Source: the human T2T-CHM13v2.0 reference genome, Homo sapiens. Taken from it: a stretch of 64,000 nucleotides of DNA. The position numbers and the translations under genes are program-made. This document shows positions 55,872 to 64,000 of this stretch, in pieces. The notes under the pieces are model-generated. The model saw nothing but the letters and a program-made list of their open reading frames with translations, did not search any database and had not been told where the DNA came from. How positions within the stretch are numbered: position 1 is the first letter of the stretch; every line of letters starts with the position of its first letter. Location: assembly GCF_009914755.1 (NCBI RefSeq), contig NC_060945.1; one strand, written 5' to 3'.

Positions 55872-55969
55872 CTATTCATATTTCAGGTTGTCGGAATTCA
55901 AACTGGTCTTACTATCCATATGTTAGGTTGTCAAAATTCAAACTGGTTTTACTATTCAAATTCCAGGTT
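55872..55969. repeat. 40-bp tandem repeat, ~2.4 copies
   Basis: ctattcatatttcaggttgtcggaattcaaactggtctta / ctatccatatgttaggttgtcaaaattcaaactggtttta / ctattcaaattccaggtt. Confidence 0.9.
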
Positions 55970-58679
55970 TTACGCACACTTGCATTTACATACCAGCTCT
56001 CCACTTCTTATGTTAAATCAATCTACTTATCCTCTTGAGATTATGAGCCTGACATACAGGATGTTCACTTACAGAGAAAATCATAGTTTACTTTTTTAGA
56101 CCTGTTTATGCCACTCTACATGGAGAAGAAAATTGATGGGCTACTTAGATAGAAAACCCTCTACAAGCCAGTCTAGCAAGGTCTCACTAGGGGATATTTC
56201 AATGGGAAAATATATCTTTGTTACTCCTCCTATGCCCAAGCCCGGATTTGAAGTCCCAGAAGGAATCTGGATTGGGATGGGAAAAAATCTGGTAGTGTTG
56301 TGGAACCCAGACTAGGAGTTCATATGGAAGAAGAAAGAAAGCGGACGCCAGAGCACCATCGTACCTCACGCCACCCACAGGACACCAATAAAGCAGCCTG
56401 TGACGATCAATGCTGGAAATGAGTGCCTTGGAGTTAGTGTTAAATGGATGCATGAGAATCTCAATTGAAGTTAAAAATATATACGATGAGCAAACTGAAT
56501 GGAAGTAGAAAAATGGCAGTTATGAACACAACATTCAAAAGTGCCCCATCTCTATGTGTGAATGGGATTTTCAGCTTTCCTGGAACAAGGGAAGCTACTT
56601 GAGAAGAATTTATGTCTAGAATAAGAACAAATGAGATAATACTTTTTCAAATTTACCCTACCAGTAAATACTGCTGAACAATCTGTCTAATTTCTGTATG
56701 CAGTTACCTCCAGAAACATCAGAGAACCTATGGGAACTGGTATACGATGCCAATATTGAGTTTTGTGAGCACATGGGTTTTGAGACAACCTCTTAAAGAG
56801 CCCTTTCAAAATCAACAGAGCCTTGAAATAGTAAAAGACTCTGCTCTAGCCCTTACAATTTGAGTTTAGTATTGGATTGTTGGGATCCATTTAATACTGA
56901 GGTTCCAAGCCTGGGTTAAAAACTTTGCTAGGTCAAGAGCTACACCTTTGCCCCTTTTCCACCTGAGGTAAATTATTTCCTCCAAGAAATTACTTTCCTT
57001 TTTGAGCAAGTAACTTTCTGAAATGCTGAGAGAAACTGGTACTTTAAAATAGATAATTTGCCTCAGATGGGTCACGCACTTTATTTCCAGAAGCCAGTTT
57101 AATTTTTTTTTTCCTTCACTCTGATGATTGGGTCAAATCCTTATTAATAAAATGTGTGCTACTGGAAAGGAAAGACACCTTTGTTACTTAATCCATGTGC
57201 GGTCATTTATATTTGGCATGCATAAATGTCATGAAGAACAGGGAAAAAATATAATTCATGAGCAAAATGCATTTTATGCTACTGTCCCCTTGCCAAATTA
57301 AGTATTATAGTTGGAAATTTAGGGTGGAGGCTCACTTTGGGAAAAAAGAATCAAATTGTCTGGGGATTTTGCTTTCATCACCAAAGGGATTTTATGTGTT
57401 TGGAAGGATCATCAATTCCTGACTTGGTGGTAGACAATACTCTTACTTCACGCAGGTCCTGCAGAATTCTAATATGGCTTGGTTGAAATTTCTTCTTTTG
57501 ACTAGAAACTTTTTTCACATTTTTTTTCAGTATTCCCTTTGATGCAGTCAAAATAGGTGGACAAATACGTTGTCTACACTGAAACAAAGCTTGCTTGAAT
57601 TCACCTATATGATGATGTCTTCATGAGCTTGCTTTGCCTTTCCAAATCTGTCTTTAAAAGATTCACTAATCTCCAGATTTTAAAACATAGAGGAATGTTC
57701 CAACAGTACATTTTTCAAGTGATGTAAAAAGTTCTTGGAATTAATTTGTCATCAGCCTTGCTCTAAGGACGGTGTTGTTTCAGCCATGGCCATTTAGGAA
57801 CTGATCATTGCTACCTACAACCCTGTTGAAAAGGCCCACTTCGTGCAAAAGTCAAAAGTAAAAAAAAAAAAAAATCTTTGTATACATTTTTTTTTCCACT
57901 GGATGTATTACATGGTTAAATTTATTTTTTTAAATTTGGAAAACAAACTTACTTTTAAGCACTTTCATGTCCTAACAAGTTTAAAACACACATAGAAGCG
58001 GAAGCATTCCTTCACCTGATGTTTCAGCGTTCAAGGTACTGAAAGTCGCTTGCTCATACAATGATATAAAGTTGATGAGTAATAAAGACACCTGATTTTA
58101 TTTTTGCTCATGTGTCTCATGATGACAAAATTTGAGACAGGTCAACAAGAAATATTTACTAGATCTAGTAGTTGTTACTACATTTAAATTGATAGTTTCT
58201 AATAATGATGTTTTGCATAGGTCATAAGGAATTTTCTGTGAGAAATATTAGGAATAAAAGGATTTTCTTCACTCTTCACATGTGTTCTACAGATGTTCAC
58301 AGACTAGTCTTCCTTTTATAGGCTCTGAATAAAGATAAAATATGGTGGAAATCAACCAATTCGTCATTGCTGTTTTATGCTGTAGAAATTACCCTTAATT
58401 TTCACTTACCTTTGTGTTCAAGGTCAAAGCCACCCCCATGAAAACTCCCAAACTACACACCAAAAAAACAAATCAAACGAAATAAAGCATTGCAAGAATG
58501 TGAAATTTGTGTTGAAAACATCTGGCTGACTATTCTCCCAGGCTATGCTCGGCACTCATTATTCATATAAATTGTGAGAAAGGTTTGGTGTCTGAACGTA
58601 CCTCTAGCCCCTATGATGTGCGTATGTGATTTTTGCCCAAGTACTCATCACCACAATCCTGTATAAGAAAAATAAATTT

Positions 58680-58850
58680 GAATTTGCTGTGAGTCAGCTT
58701 CATCTTTTAAATTAAATATGATGATAATACCTGCTTTAATTATCTTAGGGCTTCTTATGAGGATAAGATGAAATTTTTTAAAAAGTAAATGTATGAGGAA
58801 AACTTAAAAATACCAACACTTTAGCAAATTTTTATGCTTGGCATGCAAAA
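58680..58850 (+). mobile_element. MIR fragment
   Basis: gtcagcttcatcttttaaattaaatatgatgataatacctgc...tagggcttcttatgaggataagatga. Confidence 0.55.
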
Positions 58851-60650
58851 TCATATCTGATTTGCTTGGCAACTGAATGTGATCATGTTTTTGCCATCAG
58901 AACTCTCATTGTCATGGGTAATGTAATCCAAATATTTTAGTTCCCAGTGAAAGAGTCAAGAATAAATAAGACAAACACTGCATGCTAATTCTGGCCATGG
59001 AGACTGAATATAACAGAGATTTGAATGAGAAAATCTGGTTTGGTGTCAAGCATAATAAAATAAAGAAGAGTTTGTTGATGGGCAAAAGGAAGAGATGGGT
59101 TGAGAAAGTGCTGTGCTCCCTGCTGAGAGAGTAGTTTGACTTTGGACAAAATAATAGCTTCAGTTTCTCTTTGGATTCATTATTGCTCCTGGACTCTCTC
59201 TAATTTGAACCTTGTAGGGGTCATCTGTGCCTCTGTCATCTCGAATACTCTCCACTTCAATGAATCATACTTCACACTGCCAGGATGACCACCCAGAAAG
59301 GCCTGTTTATGTAGGACTTGGCTGCTGCAGAGTTCATCTTAAGTCCCGAACAGCTGAGTTGGGAGCTCCACAATGGTCTCCTGTTTGTTTCTGGGCAGGG
59401 TTGGAGATAAGATCATCTATACAGCCTAACAACCATCTGTGAGTTAATCTGTTGGAATTCTCATCTTATCACTGCATATATTGGACTGTGCTGTAGTGGG
59501 CATACATTTTCTAAAATGCTGTCTTGGCCTGAAATAAAGAATATGTCAGGAAAGTCAATGTCAGCCTATATACAAACAAGGAAGTTGAGATTAAGAGGAT
59601 ACAGAGATAAGCTATCAGCCGATTTACACCTTGTCGCCTTTCTTCTATTCCTTCAATATGATTTTATAATCTTACCATTTTAACCACTAAAATAGTAGAA
59701 AACCAAGATGGGCACTTTTGGCTAAATCAATAGTAACTGTGCTTTGAGACTTGAGCAAGATTGTGGAAGATTTTGCAACGGATAAAGGAGATTATTAAAT
59801 ATCCTTTCAATGAAATGCAAGAGCCTTTGGAGATTATGTGGTGCTATGGGGATGTGTGCCTTCATTTTTGACTAGGCTTTTTTACAACTCTGTAGAGGTA
59901 GAAGTGAACTCATAGAAATTTGATAGGAATGGAAATAGTTTTTGTTGCTAAAAATGCAAAGTATGTCCCTTGGATTATAATCGATGATTTACCTCCACTA
60001 AATCTCCCAAGCTTCACAACCAAAAAACCAAACCAAAACAAAAGATATCATCATAAGAACCTGAAATTTGTGTTGAAAGCAACTGACTGATATTGCATTA
60101 GATAGCCAACATGTCTTGTTATAACTGGTGGCTCTGAAAATTTGCATTTTGAATATATCTAATAAATTAAAACTCTAGCAAGGAAGTTTTAGAAAATGAC
60201 TACAATATAGTAAATGTATTCATACGCTCTGAGAAAAGTAGACAAATGAGAAACCCATATAGCTCATGCCTTTTCTGGGTTCAGATAGAGATCAGTAAAT
60301 GTTTTTCAATTATAATCATATGGTCATTTCAAAAGCAAATCTAGAAGGATTGTTTGCAATCACCACTGTTATTCATAAGTAAAAGTTTAGATGGAAAATT
60401 TTGTGTATTTTGTGTGGGGGTGTATCCTCTGAAGAGTTTATGCTACTCACTACAATGTATACTTTGGCTCATCTGATTGTTCCTGGCACAGGAATATAGA
60501 TGCTATCATTGTCTTGAGACCCTTAAGTTTACATTCAGCCAGATTTCTTTATCTCCTTCCAATATCAGCCTCAATCTAATGATCTTTCTCTTTATAAATT
60601 TTCCTCGGTGCCCTCTTTTCAGGCTGACTTGCCTGTCCAGAAAAGAGGGA

Positions 60651-61190
60651 TTTTCTTTAATGTGGTAAAATATACATAATATAAAATTTACCATTTTAAT
60701 TATTTTTAAGTGACATTAACTACATTCACCTTGAAGTGGAACCATCACCATCATTCATCTCCAAGTCTTTGTCATCACACCGAATAGAGACTCTGTATCC
60801 ATTAAATAATAACTCCATATTCCCTCCTTCTCCCTGACTTTGGTAACCCGAATTCCACTTTTTATCTCTATGAATTTGACTCTTCTTGATACCTCAAATG
60901 TAAAATCAGACAATATTTGACCTTTGTCTGTCTGCCTCATTTCACTTAGCCTAATGTCTTGAGGATGTTGTAGCATATGTCAGAATTTTATTTCTTTTTG
61001 TGGCTGAATAATATCCTATATGCGACTTTTTGTTTATTCATCCATTGATGAATATTTGGGTTATTTCCACCTTTTGGCTGTTATGAATAATGCTGCTGTG
61101 AACATGGGTGTACAAATATCTGTTCGAGTCTTTGCTTTCAATTCTTTCTGGAATATATCCAGAAGTGAATTTCTGGATCATATGATATGT
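60651..61190 (-). mobile_element. L1MB 3' end
   Basis: tgtggtaaaatatacataatataaaatttaccattttaa...ttttggctgttatgaataatgctgctgtgaacatgggtgtacaaatatct. Confidence 0.88.
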
Positions 61191-61620
61191 TGATGTTGAA
61201 ATTTGAAAATAAATTTTTAAGGAATTCTTTAAGGAAACACCTTGATTGAAAACAATTTGGAGGAGGAGCAGCCTACTGGGGAATGTATTATTTAGTGACA
61301 TTAAAAATTATGTAAATGTACTGTTTTCCTAATGGTTGCACTTCATCCATATTATGTCAGTGCTTAATATGCGTTGTTTGACTCTAGGCCAATCCACCAC
61401 TACCTTCATTAAAGCATTAGAGTCAAAAACCTTTGTCTCACTGGTTTTCACCTCTAATTAACTTCATTTCTGAAAGTGCTTTGAAATAAATTTTCCATTC
61501 TGAGGGAAAGAAGCCAAAACAAAAAAATCCAACAAAACCCACGAAGTTTCCCACATGTGAGGATTTGTTTGCTGCTTTTATCTATCGCAACATTCTCTCT
61601 AACAATCTCATTCACAATTG

Positions 61621-62055
61621 TGGACTACTCAGGGTTCTCCACAGAAACAGAATCAATAGGGTGTGTATGTGTGTGTGGAGGCAGAGAGAGAGAGAAAGCC
61701 TGAGATAAATTTATCTTAAGGATTAGTTCACATATTTGTGGGGCCTGGCAAGTCCCATATTTGCACGATAGGACATCAGGTTGGAGACTCAAGGGAAAGC
61801 CGATGTTGCAGTTGAGTCCAGAGGCAGTCTACAGGCAGAAATCCCTCTTCCTCAGGGAGGTTAAGTCTTTTTCTTAAGACCCTCAACTAATCGGATGAGG
61901 CCCACCCATGTAATGGAGGATAATCTGCTTTACTTAAAGTCTGATTTAAATGTTAATCGCATCTAAAATTACCTTCACAGCAACATCCACAAGTGTTTGA
62001 CCAAGTATATTGGTACTATGGTGTAGCCAAGTTTCACATAAAATTAACCATCACG
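61621..62055 (-). mobile_element. MLT2 (D-like) solo LTR
   Basis: tcagggttctccacagaaacagaatcaatagg ... ccaagtttcacataaaattaaccatcac. Confidence 0.88.
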
Positions 62056-62579
62056 ATAATGCACTTCTTTAAAAAAAAAAAAAGTGGAGGAGTGTTATAC
62101 AAAGCTTAAATTTTGTAACCTCATTTGATTTGGGTTATTATTGGCTAAATTCTCATTTATCTTAGTCATTAAGCAGATTTCAGTTTACTCATAAATTATT
62201 TTTGTGTGTTTCCAAATATTTTTTAGCACAAGTTTTGCCTTGACAGTTGGATTACATTTTCCTTAAAGCTTGGGTCAAGATTTATTTGGTAATATCCTAC
62301 CTATTATCAATGCCATCTATTATAGCACTCGAGGCAAGTCAGTGTTCACCAATCACCAAGTAAATACTTTGGCAGTATCTGAAACTTCAATTTAGAGTTA
62401 ATTTCCTTCCTGCCATCACCAGCACTGTCCGTTGTAGCCATCAGTTTTTTATGGAATCTTTATTACTTACAGTTATGTCCATTTTGTCTGAAGTCCAAAA
62501 TGATTTAATGGGCCATTGCTTTACCATTTTTTTTTTCATAATTTCCCTGAACTAAAGCTCTGTCCTAAGCTTCTTTCTA

Positions 62580-62835
62580 CCTCTAAGATTTTGCTCCAAT
62601 TTCTGCCATACTTGGAGGAATGCCATTCTCAGCCTATCCCAATCCCACCCATTGTTTAGATCATAGTTTAAATTCCTTTTCCTGCACAGATTTCTCAAGC
62701 ATCCTGGTCTACAGTACTCTATGTTTACTCTATTGCCTGTTTTATCTGTAACTCTTCATGTTGTTAGGAAAGCATATAATACCACCTCTTGTTGTTCAGT
62801 AATTTAATATGGGAATTTGACTTCCCAAAGGTAAA
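62580..62835 (+). mobile_element. L2 3' fragment
   Basis: ggaatgccattctc...ttgtttagatcatagtttaaattccttttcctgcacagatttctc. Confidence 0.45.
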
Positions 62836-62907
62836 TGTAAATGTACAGACATACACTCTTTGATTTGTCTCACCCTTCCCTCAAAAGTAAATCAAAAACT
62901 CTATCTA

Positions 62908-63207
<300 letters not shown>

Positions 63208-64000
63208 AAAAACTCTATATAGAGAGATAATGAGTAAACATTTTTTAAAAAATGAATTAATACAAACATACTGGGATCTTGTTCAGTGTAAGGTTAGTCC
63301 CATGTGTTTCTGAACTTTACCTTGGGTTTGTAGTCAATGTATATGTGTTAGGTAAGTGTTTTTGACTTTATGTTTATGTGTGACTTGGAAACAATATTAC
63401 CTCATTTGAATTACTGGCATATTAATGATGTCAAAACCTTATCTTTTGAGCATTTTTTCTACTTAAATTCAGAGCTGTTTCATTTGAACACTGTGTTTAC
63501 CAAGCTGAAAAGTCTCATGTTCTCTTGGATAATCTCCAGTCAGAGTTATCTATAAATGATACTTCAGGGACTTTCTTTACAAACTGAATTTGGTTTTCTT
63601 TGTACAGTGCAAATAAGTAAAACCAAAAATTAAAGTACATGAAAAAACATTTGAGCTAGTTATTTCTTCAGCTAGCTCACATGCAGCTGTTAAAATCTGT
63701 ATAGACCATTTTCTGTTCACAGTCCCATTATTAATATTTTGTAGAGCCTTCCTTTAGCCATTTCTCATTTTCAAGCTGGTCTCCTATTACTGGGAGTACA
63801 TTGCAGCATTTGCCATTTTATTTGGGATTGGGACAGTAATACAGTACTTCAACATTGCTTTCATTTCCCAGTATGTCAAACAACATACAAATGTCAAGTA
63901 TTTTTAGTCTCTGCATCATCATCGTTAACAGGATACCAGACTCCCAATGTGCATTCCATCTCCAGCGTACAAAATCACAGCAAGTCATTTCACCAGGGAA

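Noticed and set aside
61505-61575. Possible third copy of the 58.4/60.0 kb duplication
   Set aside because: Only an A/C-rich run is shared; the 17-bp core is absent.

Overview
AT-rich, CpG-depleted primate (human-like) non-coding genomic DNA, either intergenic or deep intronic. I find no protein-coding gene, RNA gene or CpG island. The only ORFs recognisable as protein are decayed L1 ORF2 C-termini; the others are Alu, microsatellite or LTR read-throughs, or short ORFs with no recognisable homology. The window is a layered record of transposable elements: 20 Alus (J, S and Y types), L1 fragments from L1ME/HAL1 to L1PA3/4, L2 and MIR relics, solo LTRs (MLT1, MLT2, MSTA, LTR8, MER4A, MER21), Tigger and hAT DNA-transposon fossils, and a ~3 kb ERVL-class gag-pro-pol fossil. 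Subfamily names come from remembered consensus sequences, not a RepeatMasker run. The most unusual structure is an 84-bp, 95%-identical inverted duplication around an AT-rich spacer (16555-16945), whose left arm is bracketed exactly by perfect 17-bp inverted repeats. Also notable: an ancient local duplication with ~1.56 kb offset (58.1-60.2 kb), a short putative L1 3' transduction, a collapsed MLT2/ERVL provirus and a candidate enhancer near 43.5-44.4 kb. I cannot support a new biological system from this sequence.
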